From Squalus acanthias (Eukaryota), in assembly GCA_030390025.1 (NCBI GenBank), contig CM059431.1, positions 150,104,001 through 150,168,000 of the forward strand: DNA of 64,000 nt. Direction: 5' to 3'. A program made the position numbers and the translations under genes. Positions 12,400-23,199 of the stretch are shown here, piece by piece. The stretch's first letter is position 1. Each line of letters opens with the position of its first letter. Below the pieces are notes generated by a model, which did not search any database, was not told where the DNA came from, and worked only from the letters and a program-made list of their open reading frames with translations.

Positions 12400-14827
12400 A
12401 GCGGGAGATTGGGTAGAGTGAGACTGGAGATAAAGAGATTTCGGGGTGGGAGAGAGAGTGGAGAGAGAGAGACTGCAGAGAGAGGGACTGGAGGAGAGTG
12501 AGAGATTGGGCGAGAGAGAGACTAGGAAAGAGAGATTGGGGAGAGAGAGACTGGGGAGAGAGAGAGACTGGAGAGAGAGAGAGAATCTGGCGGAGTGAAA
12601 GAGAGAATGGGTGAGAGAAATATAATGTGGGAGAGAGAGAGAGACTGGGAGAGAGAGAGAGAGAGAGAGAGACTGGTGGAGATGGAGGTACTGGGGAGTG
12701 AGTGTGAGTCTTGGGAGAGAGAGAGATTCGGCGAGAGTGAGACTGGGGAGAGAGATAGACTGAAGAGCGTGAGATTCTGGGGTAGAGATATAAATTGGGG
12801 GAGAGGGAGAGAGACTGGGGCTGAGAGAGACTGGGGGAAAGAGAGTGAGAGAGACTGGAGAGTGAGAGAGAGAAACTGGGTGAAGAGATGAGGGACTGGA
12901 GAGAGAGCAGACGGGGGTTATAGAGAGACTGCGGAGAGAGAGACTGGAGAGAGTAAATGACTGGGAGAGAGCGAGAGAGGCTGGGGGTGGGAGAGTGACA
13001 AGAAAGAGAGAGAGACGGGGGAGAGAGTGAGAGACTGGGGGAAGGGAGACAGGAGAGAGAGTGACTGGGGGAGAGAGTGACTGGGGGGTGAGTGATAGAC
13101 AGGCGGGGTGTGAGACTGGGGCAGAGAGAGAAAGACTGGAGAGAGTTAGAGACTGGTGAAGAGAGAGTGTGGTTGAGAGAGAGAGATGGGGGAGAGCGAA
13201 ACTGGGGGAGAGGGAGAGGGGTGTTGAGAGAGAGAGACTGGAGAAGAGATAGAGAAACTGGAGGAATTGGAGGCACTGGGGAGAGAGTGAGAGACTAGGG
13301 AGAGAGAGAGTTTTGGCGAGAGAGAGAGACGGGGAGAGAGAGAGACTGGAGAGAGAGAAGACGGGACTAGAGAGAGACTGGAGAGAGTGAGTGACTGGGG
13401 AGAGAGAGAGAGAGAGACAGGAGAGAGAGAGAGAGAAAGAGAGAGAGACTGGGGCCGAAAGTACAGACTGGGGGAGAGAGAGAGACTGGGGGTCAGAGAG
13501 ACTGTCGGAGAGAGAGAGAGAGACTGGAGATTGAGAGAGATTGGGGAGTGAGAGGGACTGGAGATGGAGGAGACGGGGGCTGGAGAGAGACGGGAGAGAG
13601 AGAGTGACTGGGGGAGTTGGATGGACTGGGGAGAGAGAGAGATTGGGGAAGGGAGAGAGACTGGAGAGAGTGAGGGTCAGGGGAGAGAGATAGACTGGGG
13701 TGAGAAAGACTAGTGAGAGAGAGATTGGGGGAGAGAGAGACTGGGGTGAGAGACAGAGAGAGAGAGAGGCTGCAGAGAGCGGGAGATTGGGGAGAGTGAG
13801 ACTGGTGAGACAGGGTGACTGGGGAGAGAGAGACTGGAGATAGAGAGATTCCGGGGGTGGGAGAGAGAGTGGAGAGAGAGAGACTGGAGAGAGAGAGAGA
13901 CTGGAGGAGAGGGAGAGATTGGGCGAGAGAGTGACTAGGCTGAGAGAGATTGGGGAGAGAGAAACGGGGAGAGAGAGAGACTGGAGAGAGAGAGAGAATC
14001 TGACGAAGTGAAAGAGAGACTGGGGGAGAGAAATATACTGGGGAGAGAGAAAGAGAATGTGGGAGAGAGAGAGAGACTGGGGGAGAGAGAGAGAATGACT
14101 GGGGGAGATGGAGGTACTGGGGAGAGAGTGTGAGACTTGGGAGAGAGATAGATTCGGCGAGTGAGAGCCTGGGGAGAGAGATAGACTAGAGAGAGTGAGA
14201 TTCTTGGGTAGAGAGCGATATTGGGGAAGAGGGAGAGAGACTGGGGCTGAGAGAGACTTGGGGAAATAGAGAGAGAGACTGGAGAGAGAAGAGAGAATCT
14301 GGGTGAAGAGATGAGGGACTGGAGAGAGAGCAGACGGGGGTTAGAGAGAGACTGCGGAGAGAGAGACTGGAGAGAGTAGATGACTGGGAGAGAGCGAGAG
14401 AGGCTGGGGGAGGGAGAGTGACTAGAAAGAGAGAGAGAGACGGGGGAGAGAGTGAGAGACTGGGGGAGAGGGAGACAGGAGATAGAGTAACAGCGGGAGA
14501 GAGTGACTGGGGAGTGAGTGGTAGACAGGCGGGGAGTGAGACGGGGCAGTGCGAGAAATACTGGAGAGAGTGAGAGACTGGTGAAGAGAGAGAGTGGTTG
14601 AGAGAGAGAGACGGGGGAGAGCGAAACAGGGGGAGAGAGAGAGAGTGGTTGAGAGAGAGAGACTGGGGGAGACAGAGACTGGGGTTGATAGAGGGTGACT
14701 GGGGAGAGAGAGAGACTGGGGGTGAGAAAGAGAGACTGGGTGTATTATATAGAGAAAGAGACTGGGGGTGAGAGAGCGATGCGGGGAGAGAGAGCTGGAC
14801 ACTCAGGGCGAGAGAGAGAGCGAGGCG

Positions 14828-15716
14828 GGAGGACGTTTCACATTCTCACCACTTTCTATTTCTAAATTGACGCTATAGGGAATAATCCATCATGAAATCT
14901 CTGAAAAAAAAAATATTTTTAAATATGCACAACACGCATCAGCAAAATAGCCCCACAAAATCAGCAACATTTCCATTTGAAGTTTCATCTCTGAACCAGA
15001 AGCTTACCAAACACGACTCCGGATCCAACCTGTCAATCACCGGATTGTGCACCGCTCACCGACAATTGGCTGTCGTGCAAGACCGGTCCGCACTGGATTG
15101 GCTGGTGCGGCTGTCAATCATCCGAGGCATCAAGTTGTGCGGGAAAATCCGCTGGCAACTTTTCACAGAGCAGCTTTTGGCGTTTGGAACTCTGACTGAA
15201 GTGAGCCAGCTTGCTGATATTCCACAGAAATCACCACCGCTGCTGCATTTTAATGGAGTTTCTCACCATCCCGCTGCCCGTCTGGTTAAATAAAATCATG
15301 TATTTATTTCTTTAAACTTTGTTTGGTAATGTGGCATTTTTTTCAAAATCCTTTCTCCATACTGCAAAAAATCAGAATTCCCTTGAAACCCTCCAACGTT
15401 TAAATCAGGCGAAATTATTTGGAGTTTTAAAATACGCTATTGGGAGCTGTGTTTGCGGTGGAGGAGCAGCCTGAGACTCACTGCCAGCATGGTTTGCCCA
15501 AGCGTCTCCTCCCTGGGCAGCAGTGTTCTCACTGGCAGCTCGCAGTACAAACCTCTGGCTTTTCACTCGCTTCCTTCACTGTGCATTTCTTACACTTGCA
15601 CAACCAGCCATTTGCTCTGAACCCACACTTTAGATCAAAACAACATAAGAAATAATAGCAGGAGTCGGTCATTTGGCCCTTCGAGCCTGCTCCACCATTC
15701 CATAAGATCATGGCTG
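14828..15716. repeat. Left arm of an inverted duplication (partner 42890-43760): promoter-like non-coding segment plus CR1 tail
   Basis: Translations match across strands, e.g. 15440-15655(+) vs 42948-43148(-) 'FAVEEQPETHCQHGLPKRLLPGQQCSHWQL'. Both arms abut GA/CT satellite on the same side. Confidence 0.92.
15030..15120 (-). promoter_or_regulatory. Two TGATTGACAG (PBX-PREP/MEIS type) decamers with CCAAT boxes
   Basis: CTGTCAATCA at 15030-15039 and 15111-15120; ATTGG at 15065-15069 and 15097-15101. Confidence 0.5.
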
Positions 15717-16188
15717 ATCTCGTACCTCATCTCCTTTCCTGCACTATCCCCATATCCCTTGATTCCCCTAATATTCAAAAATCTATCGCTCACTGTATTG
15801 CATAAACTCAACGACTGAGCCTCCACAGCTCTCTAGGGGAGAGAATTCCAAAGATTCACCACCCTCTGAGTGAAGAAATGTCTCATATCAGTCCTAAATG
15901 GCTGACCCCTTATTCTGAGACTGTGACCTTTGGTTCTGGTCTCCACAGCCAGGGGATACATCCTCCCAGCAATGCCCTGTCAAGCGCTATATGAATGTTG
16001 CATGTTTTATGAGATCACCTCTCATTCCAATAATCTCTACGAAACATAGTCCTAGTCTACTCAATCGTTCCTCATAGGTCAATGCCCCCATCCCAGGAAC
16101 CAGTCTGGTGAATCTTCGTTGCACTCCCTCTAAGGCAAGTATATCCATCATGAGGTAAGGAGACCAAAACTGTACACAATACTACAGG
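15641..16188 (-). mobile_element. CR1 3' fragment
   Basis: 'aacataagaaataatagcaggag' tail through 'accaaaactgtacacaatactacaggtg' (reverse of the EYCVQFW motif). Confidence 0.88.
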
Positions 16189-16440
16189 TGTCTCTGCTGG
16201 TGTCTTTCTGTTTCACAGTGCTCAGTTTCACCTATCTCTATCTCCCTCTGCTGGTATATCTCTGTAGCACAGCACTCAGTCTCACCTTTATCTATCTCCC
16301 TCTGCTGGGGTCTCTCTGTATCACAGTGCCCAGTCTCACCTTGATCTATTTCCCTCTGATGGTGTCTCTATGTATCACTGCTCACTCAGTTAAATACCTC
16401 TCCCTGCCCCCTCTGCTGGTGTCTCTCTATATTACTGCTC
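16189..16440 (+). repeat. 54-bp minisatellite, about 5 copies
   Basis: 'ctctg(c/a)tgg' recurs at 16192, 16246, 16300, 16354 and 16411. Confidence 0.8.
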
Positions 16441-16518
16441 CGTCTGCACTGTCCCATCAAATACATCCGGGGCAGGCATAGCACGAGTTAGATTCAGGGT
16501 AAGGCTCCCTCAACAGTC
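16440..16518 (-). repeat. Solo degenerate monomer of the 67-bp satellite
   Basis: 'cactgtcccatcaaatacatccggggcaggcatagcacgagttagattcagggtaaggctccctc' is the reverse complement of the unit arrayed at 44805-45790. Confidence 0.8.
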
Positions 16519-17395
16519 ATAGAATCACAGAAGCATAGAAATTTACAGCAAAGAAGGAGGCCATTCGGCCCATCGTGTCCGTGCTGCCGACAAAGAGCTA
16601 TCCACCTTAATTGAACTTTCCAACACTTGGTTCGTAGCCTTGTAGTTTATGGCGCTTCAAATGCATATCCAAGTACTTTTCAAAAGTGATGGGGTTCTCT
16701 GCCTCTACCACTCTTTCACACATTGAGGTCCAGACCCCCACCATTATCTGGGTGAAAACATTTCACCTTAACTCCCCCCTAAACTTCCGACCAATTAGGT
16801 TAAATCTATGCCCCCTTGGTGTTGACACTTCAGCTAAGGGAAATAGGTCCTTCATATCAACTCTATCTAGTGCCCTCATAATTATATACACCTCAATTAC
16901 GTCTCCCCTCAGCCTCCGCTGTTCCATTTGAAATAGAGGCACTGGAGAAGGTGGTAGAATCATTAGCAAGGATGATATTGGTTCTGAGAGGATATACTTA
17001 TCAGGAAAGGCTGAACAGGCTGTGCTCTTTTCACCCGAAAAAAAGAGAAGGCTGATGGGTGACCTGGTAGAGCTATTTAAGATTATGAAAAAGGGTGGTC
17101 TTGATGAAAATGTTTTCACTTGTGGAAGTCAAAATCTAGAGGCCATCAATATAAGATTGTCATTAGTAAATCCAATAGGGAATTCAGGAGAAACTTTCTG
17201 CTAGTGGTGAGAATGTGGAATTCGGTACCACAGGGAGTAGTTGAGGCGAATAACATAGATGCATTTAAGGAGAAGCTCGATAAACACATAAGGGAGAAAG
17301 GAATAGTTTATTGTGCAAATTAGTTTAGAAGAAGAGTGATGGGTGAGGCTTGAATGGAGCATAAACACCGGCACAGACCAGTTGGGCTGAAATCC
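16519..17395. mobile_element. Two CR1 3' fragments back to back (16519-16927 minus; 16930-17395 plus)
   Basis: ORFs 'EQRRLRGDVIEVYIIM...RGHRF' (-) and 'RRLMGDLVELFKIM', 'RGHQYKI...VVRMWNSVP' (+). Confidence 0.85.
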
Positions 17396-18199
17396 GATGC
17401 AGGTCCTTCTTCAGCTGGAGATCAAATGTCTGTTCTATAATTGTACAAACAGTAAACAGGCAGCTGTAAACGCTCCACTCTGCTATGTTAATGCAGACTA
17501 TAAGCAAATTGAAATGAGTTTATGTTAAATGAGCTAACACCTGCCTTAAAATGGTAGTCCCAGGACTGTCACACAAATATATTAAATCTTCATGGAAGAT
17601 TAACATCATTTTTAGACTGGAAACTGAAACCTGCCGTTTCACTTTAACTCAGGAACAGATCGCAATTTTACATCAATCTCTGATTTGACAGCACGTGTAC
17701 AGCATTCACCGTTGTTCTTCCTGACTCTAAACACAGCTGTAATGGAGGGTTCTGTTCCGTGCCTAGGAGCTCTGAACCATGGAAGAGAGCGGCTGGGACA
17801 CATTTCTTACACGCCTCAAGATTAAACCGCATGGGGATTTTGCTGTCAGTGAAGAGAGACGAGAAAGACCAAAGTGCCGTATGCCCCTCTCAGTGTGGAC
17901 TTGAAGGAATGTGTCCAAACTGAAGTTCTGTTCCCGCCGTGCGATCCTCCCCCCAGATTGTCCTTTCTGAGCTCCAGCCAGGTGATGCTAAACATCCAGG
18001 TGGGAAAGACGACAATCTACAATGATGTGTTTAAAACAAATGATTTATTTGAAATTTATACAGAATATTAAACTCCTGCCCAGTTACAGGGGTTTCTAAC
18101 ATCAGCAGAAACAAACCCCAACTGTCAGAGTGAACATTGTTCGGTCTTGGATGTGAGTAACAACAGCAATAACAGCAGAATCCAACCTCTGATGTCAGT

Positions 18200-18751
18200 T
18201 GTGTACTCGTTGTTGTGTTAGCTGGCTGCATGTAGAAATTAACCCCTCCCCACACTCAGAATAGGTGAACAGCCTCTCCCCAGTGTGAACTCGCTAGGGT
18301 CTCAGCAAGTTGTATGACTGAGTGAATCCATTTCCGCACACGGAGAAGGTGAACGGCCTCTCCAGTGTGAACCCGCTGGTGTGTCAGCAGTGTGGGTGAC
18401 TGAGTGAATCCCTTCCCACACACGGTGCAGCTGAACGGCCGCTCACCAGTGTGAACCCGCTGGTGTATCAGCAGGGTGGGTGACTGAGTGAATCCATTCC
18501 TACAAACGGAGCAGGTGAACGGACTCTCTCCAGTGTGACTGCACTTGTGTCTCGACAGGTCAGTGGGTCGGCTGAATCCTCGTTCAAACACAAAACACGT
18601 GCACGGTTTCTGCACACTGAGAGCGGTGCTTTTTGCTTCCATATTCAAAGGCTGCAGATATTCAGGACCCGATGAATCGATTGACTCTGTCAGATCTTGA
18701 CCTGATGTTTAGGTTGAGCTTCCTGACTGCAAATCTTCCTCCTCGAACACC
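18200..18751 (-). pseudogene. Decayed C2H2 (Kruppel-type) zinc-finger exon, about 4-5 fingers
   Basis: ORF 18256-18648 has HTGESPFTCSVC..GFTQSPTLLIHQRVHTGERPFSCTVCGKGF repeats. The first finger is degenerate and there is a frameshift near 18360 ('cacactggagaggccg' lacks an AG). Splice acceptor 'attttacag|g' at 18751. Confidence 0.85.
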
Positions 18752-18874
18752 CTGTAAAATTAATTTAAAACAGGAAAAAGGGAGCGTGAGAGTGAACCCA
18801 CAGAAGGCCAAGGGCATGTTGTGAAATTGAGCTTAATGAGTCTGGGAATGTGTGGGGTCGACACGAGAAAAAAA

Positions 18875-19350
18875 TGAACATGAAAGCTGCCGATTGTCAT
18901 AAAACTCAACTGGTTCACTAATGTCCTTCAGGGAAGGGAACCCGTCACCCGGTCAGGGCCCACACATGACTCTGGCCTCTATGGGAACAGAGACAGAAAG
19001 GTGGGAGTGGGCGAAGTCGAGGGACATTGTACATGTGCAACTTCACCAGAAATTTGACAGCACCTCCCAAATCAGCGACCTCCACCACCTAGAACACAAT
19101 GGCAGCAGGTGAATGGGAACACCATCACATCCAAGCTTCCATCCAAGTCACACACCATCCTGACTTAGAAGTATATCGCTGTTCCTTCATCGTCGCTGGG
19201 TCAAAATCCTGGAACTCCCTCCCTAACAGCACTGTGGGAGCACCTACACCACAAGGACTGCAGCGATTCAAGAAGGAGCACACCAGCACTTTCTTAAGGG
19301 CAATTATGGATGGGCAATAAATGCTGGCCTTGTCAGCGATGCCCACTTCC
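18875..19350 (+). mobile_element. SINE body fragment (18875-18985) followed by a LINE family B 3' end (19030-19350)
   Basis: 'gattgtcataaaactcaactggttcactaatgtcc' matches the SINE at 55322. ORF 'SFIVAGSKSWNSLP...LQRFKK' and tail 'aataaatgctggccttg'. Confidence 0.75.
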
Positions 19351-19721
19351 CAATAATTAATTACAAAAATCTGGACATGTAAAATGGATTATAAGCCTCG
19401 ACAGAAATACTTGTTACTAAAACAATAGCCTCTTACATTTTAGGGGCAGTGTCTGTTTAACAACCTAATCTCCCCAAGTATCTACCCCCTTTGCCACTCT
19501 CACATTCGAATTTGTTGGGCCCCACTGGGCTCAAAGGTACCCGGCGTTAAAACCAGCAGCTTCTCACCCATCTCCAGTCCAGCTCAAACTGATGCAACAA
19601 AAAAGACCTTCACGGGAGGCCAGGGACCGACTTCTGCATCCAACGCTCACCCTGGGGCAAACCGGCACTTAATTGGTCCGCCTGTGATTCCAGGCTCGGT
19701 TCTGCGAGCGACGCCTGCAAT

Positions 19722-19858
19722 AAAACAAATGCAAAATTCTGCAGAGGCTGGAAACCTGAAATAAAGAGAGAAAAGTGCTGCATATGCTGAGCAGATCATG
19801 CAGTATCTGTGGGGTGGGGGGTGGGGCGGCGGTGTCAGAGAGAGAAACAGAGTTAACG
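19722..19858. mobile_element. Short dispersed repeat resembling a Penelope-like element terminal repeat
   Basis: 'gctggaaa..tgaaat...tgct...agcag...gcagtatctgtgg...agagagaaacagagttaacg' also occurs at 29262-29400 (+) and 63720-63865 (-). Confidence 0.5.
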
Positions 19859-19959
19859 GCCTGAATTTTAATACTTTGGTAGGTTGGGGGCAAGCGGGGA
19901 GAGTCGCTGGTAAAACGGGGGGGAAACCCGGGAGAACGGGTTTCACACAGGCCCTGCCT

Positions 19960-21860
19960 CATTTAACGTCACCTGTGGTTCTTTTGCCAATCTCCTTAAA
20001 TCTGGGTCCTCCTGTTACAGACCCTTCTGCCTGTGGAAACAGTTTCTGCTTGTTTACTAATCTATTAAATCTCCTCTTAAACTTTTCCGCTCTAAGGAGA
20101 ACTACCCCAGCTTAATAACATAAGAAATAAGAGAAAGAGTAGACCATACATCTCCTTGATGCAGCTCCGACATGCAATAAGATGCTTCAGTTTATCCACA
20201 CAAACAAAGTCTCCCATCCCTGGTACCATTCTAGTAAATCTTCTCTGCACCCTCTCTAAGGCCTTGACATCCTTCCTAAAGTGTTGCGCACAGAATTGAA
20301 CACAATTCTCCAGCTGAGGATTAACCAGTATTTTATAAAGGTTTAGCAAGGCAAAATAACAAATAATGCTATTTCTGTGATGGGTATAGAAGGGCGAGGT
20401 TAATCCAATCAGTTGGATGTGTGAATGAGACCGTGAGCTGAAAGAAGTGCACTTGGAGTGGAGAGCATCGATCACGCAGTGTAACCAGGCGCAAACACTC
20501 CTGCACAGCCCCAGATATCACTTGTTTCGCACTTCGCACAGAAGACGTATATTAAATGGTTTAGTTTATGAATTAAATCATGCTTCTCGAATTGTATTTC
20601 TCAACTCAGATTCAAGGCCTCATTTATGTTCTTCTTCTGAGTCCCTGAACCTCATCTGGCAGCGTAATGTTGGCGAGTGGTGATCGATTGCCCTGGTAAC
20701 CAACAGGAAGAGACCTAAGAGGCCGGAAGGTCAAGGGAACAGTTTTTTTCAGCAACCAATCGCGGTGCTTGAGTCGGACAGTCAGGTGAGTCAGTGTGAA
20801 CCCTTGTTAAACAATTTATCGTTTAAAGGTTAAATTGAGATTTCGTTTGTCAAGGAAACAGTTTAACATTTGTTTGTATTGTGTTTTCCTGGATTTCCTA
20901 TTATGAGTTTCAGTCACTTCAGTGCCAAGTGGACCATAGAATCATAGAATGGTTACAGCACAGAAGGAGGCCATTCGGCCCGTCGATCCCGTGACGGCTC
21001 TTTGCAAGAGCACTTCAGCTAGTCCCACTCCCCCGCCCTTTCCCTCTAGTCCAGCATTTGTTTTCCTACTGTTGTTTATCCAATTCCCATTTGAAAGCCA
21101 CGATTGAATCTGGCTCCACCATCCTTTCAGGCAGTGCATTAGAGATAATAACCACTCGCTGCGTGAAAATGTGTTTCTTCATGTCGCCTATGGTTCTTTT
21201 GCCAATCAGCTTAAATCTGTGTCCTCTGGCTCTCGACGCATCCGCAAAGGGGACAGTTTCTCTCTATCTACTCTCTCCAGACCCCTCATGATTTGAAAAC
21301 ATCTATCAAATCTCCTATCAAGCTTCTCTGTTCTAAGGAGAATAACCCCAGCTTCTCTAGTCTAACCACGGAACTGAAGTCCCTCTTCCCTGGAATCATT
21401 CTCGTAAATCTTTTCTGCACCCTCGCTGAGGCCTCATCATCCTTCTTAAATTGCGGTGACCAGAATTGGACACAATACTCCAGTTGAGGCCGAAACAGTG
21501 CTTTGCCTCTATTTATGAAGCACATGATCCCATATGTGTTTTTTTTTACCGCATTCTCAACCTGCCCTGCCACATTCAACGATTTGTGCACATATATTTC
21601 GTATTCATGCTGGCACTGTTTCCTTTATCCCCCTGGCTTCACCTTCGCTGGCATTTCTGTTATGTGGCATTTTATCAAACGCCTTTTGGAAATCCATATA
21701 CACCATATCAACCTCATTGGCCTTATCAACCCTCTATGTTACCTCATCAAAAAACTCAATCACGTTAGTTAAACACGATTTGCCTTTAACAAATCAGTGC
21801 TGGGTTTCTTTCATTAATCCACACTTGTCCAAGTGACTGTTCTTTTTGTCATGGATTATC
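19960..21860 (-). mobile_element. CR1 fragments (19960-20350 and 20936-21860)
   Basis: ORFs 'PQLENCVQFCAQHFRKDVKALERVQRRF' and 'RPQLEYCVQFWSP...LFSLEQR'. Tail 'catagaatcatagaat' at 20936. Confidence 0.85.
20687..20792 (+). promoter_or_regulatory. Promoter-like motif cluster ending in a strong splice donor
   Basis: RFX X-box-like 'attgccctggtaac' at 20687-20700, ETS CCGGAA at 20723, CCAAT at 20756, 'CAG|GTGAGT' with GT at 20786. Confidence 0.35.
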
Positions 21861-22254
21861 GACCAGTTGTTTAAAGGTCATTCATTTCTCTCTTTCCATG
21901 TCGCTGTCAGTTAAAGGTACAGAGATTGATTTCCCCTCATTATGCATCTATTTGTAATATTGAGAGGGATACTGTCTCACCTTTCTGCATCTTTAGGAGT
22001 TAAAGTAAAATCCTTCCTGTTAGTAGTGAGACACATTTTGTACTGGGAGAGACGGCTGGTGGATTCAGATTGTAGAATTCTCATCCTCTTGTTCGAATCC
22101 CTTTATAGCCTCATCTCTCCCTATCTCTGTGACCGGAGGTGACAAGAGGGGAAAATGTGTACTCATCGTGCTGTTATGTCCTGGAATACACTTGCTGAAA
22201 GGCTGTGCTGATCCCCATGGTAGAAATGTTGACAGCTTGCTGTACACGCTCATA

Positions 22255-22527
22255 GCTCAGAATTACCACTTGGCAAGGTACTGGAGGGCAAACAGTGACA
22301 GGGGCCGAATCCCATCATCATGCAACACATTCAGTATAGGCTCGCAGCTCAGGATTACCAATTGGCAAGGTAGTGGAGGGCAAACAGTGACTGGGACCGA
22401 ACCCCACCATCACGCTGCAAATTCAGTATAGGCTCGCAGCTCAGAATTACCACTTGGCAAGGTACTAGAGGGCAATCAGTGACTGGGACCGAATCACACC
22501 ATTACGCAGCACCTTTAGTATAGGCTG
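22255..22527 (+). repeat. 92-bp tandem repeat, 3 copies
   Basis: 'gctcag(a/g)attacca.ttggcaaggta' at 22255, 22347 and 22439. Confidence 0.9.
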
Positions 22528-22561
22528 TTGCAATTATACAACAGGCAGTTCCACTCCAGAT

Positions 22562-22905
22562 AAGAAGAAATAAGAACGTAAGGAATAGGAGCAGGAGAAG
22601 GCCATTCGGCTCTTCAAGCTTGCGCCGCCATTTAATAAGATCATGGCTGATTTTCTACCTCACCAGCACTTTCCTGCACTGTCCCCATATCCCTTGATTC
22701 CCTTAATATCCAAAAATCTATCAATCTCTATCTTAAATATACTCAACGACTGAACCTCCATCGTCCTCTGGGGTCGAGATTTCCAAAGATTCATCACCCT
22801 CTGAGTGAAGAAATCTCGTCGGATTTCAGTCCTAAATGGCCGACCCCTTATTCTGAGACTATGACCTCTCGTTCTAGACTCCCCAGCCAGGGGAATCTAC
22901 TCTGT
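22562..22905 (-). mobile_element. CR1 3'-end fragment
   Basis: 'taagaacgtaaggaataggagcagg...ccccatatcccttgattccc...ccagccagggg'. Confidence 0.85.
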
Positions 22906-23199
22906 CAGATAAAGAAGGACCTCCAGCGTGTTTCCAGGAATACCCTATTTGATTGACTTATGCTTGTTGACACCGGGATTACTAAAATTACACGACCTAG
23001 AACATCTTCGGTAGTGCGATCCCGACAGTTACTCTGGGATCACTCCTGTACCGGAACCCCACCACTGAGCTTGCTGAAGGTTGTAGGTTCACGGAGCGGG
23101 GCCTCCGGGAGTGGACTGTAATAAAGCTGGGGTTCAGTATCCTGAAAATATATGGCGAGGAACCAGAGGAATTGTTATTACTCTTCCCCCGCCTCTTTC

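Larger units (their letters stand above)
125..14825 (+). repeat. Very long polypurine GA-rich complex satellite ((GA)n-CTGGGG/ATGGGG units), interrupted by CR1 insertions
   Basis: Continuous 'gagagagactgggga' variants. The S/L/P-rich and E/R/G/W-rich ORFs over this region are translation artefacts. Confidence 0.95.

Noticed and set aside
93..14802. Many long S/L/P-rich and E/R/G/W-rich ORFs (up to 457 aa)
   Set aside because: They are translations of GA/CT satellite that lacks stop codons; they are open in several frames and have no domain content.
14892..15711. ORFs conserved between the inverted arms as protein-coding genes
   Set aside because: Similarity appears in frames on both strands and lengths differ between arms; DNA duplication alone explains it.
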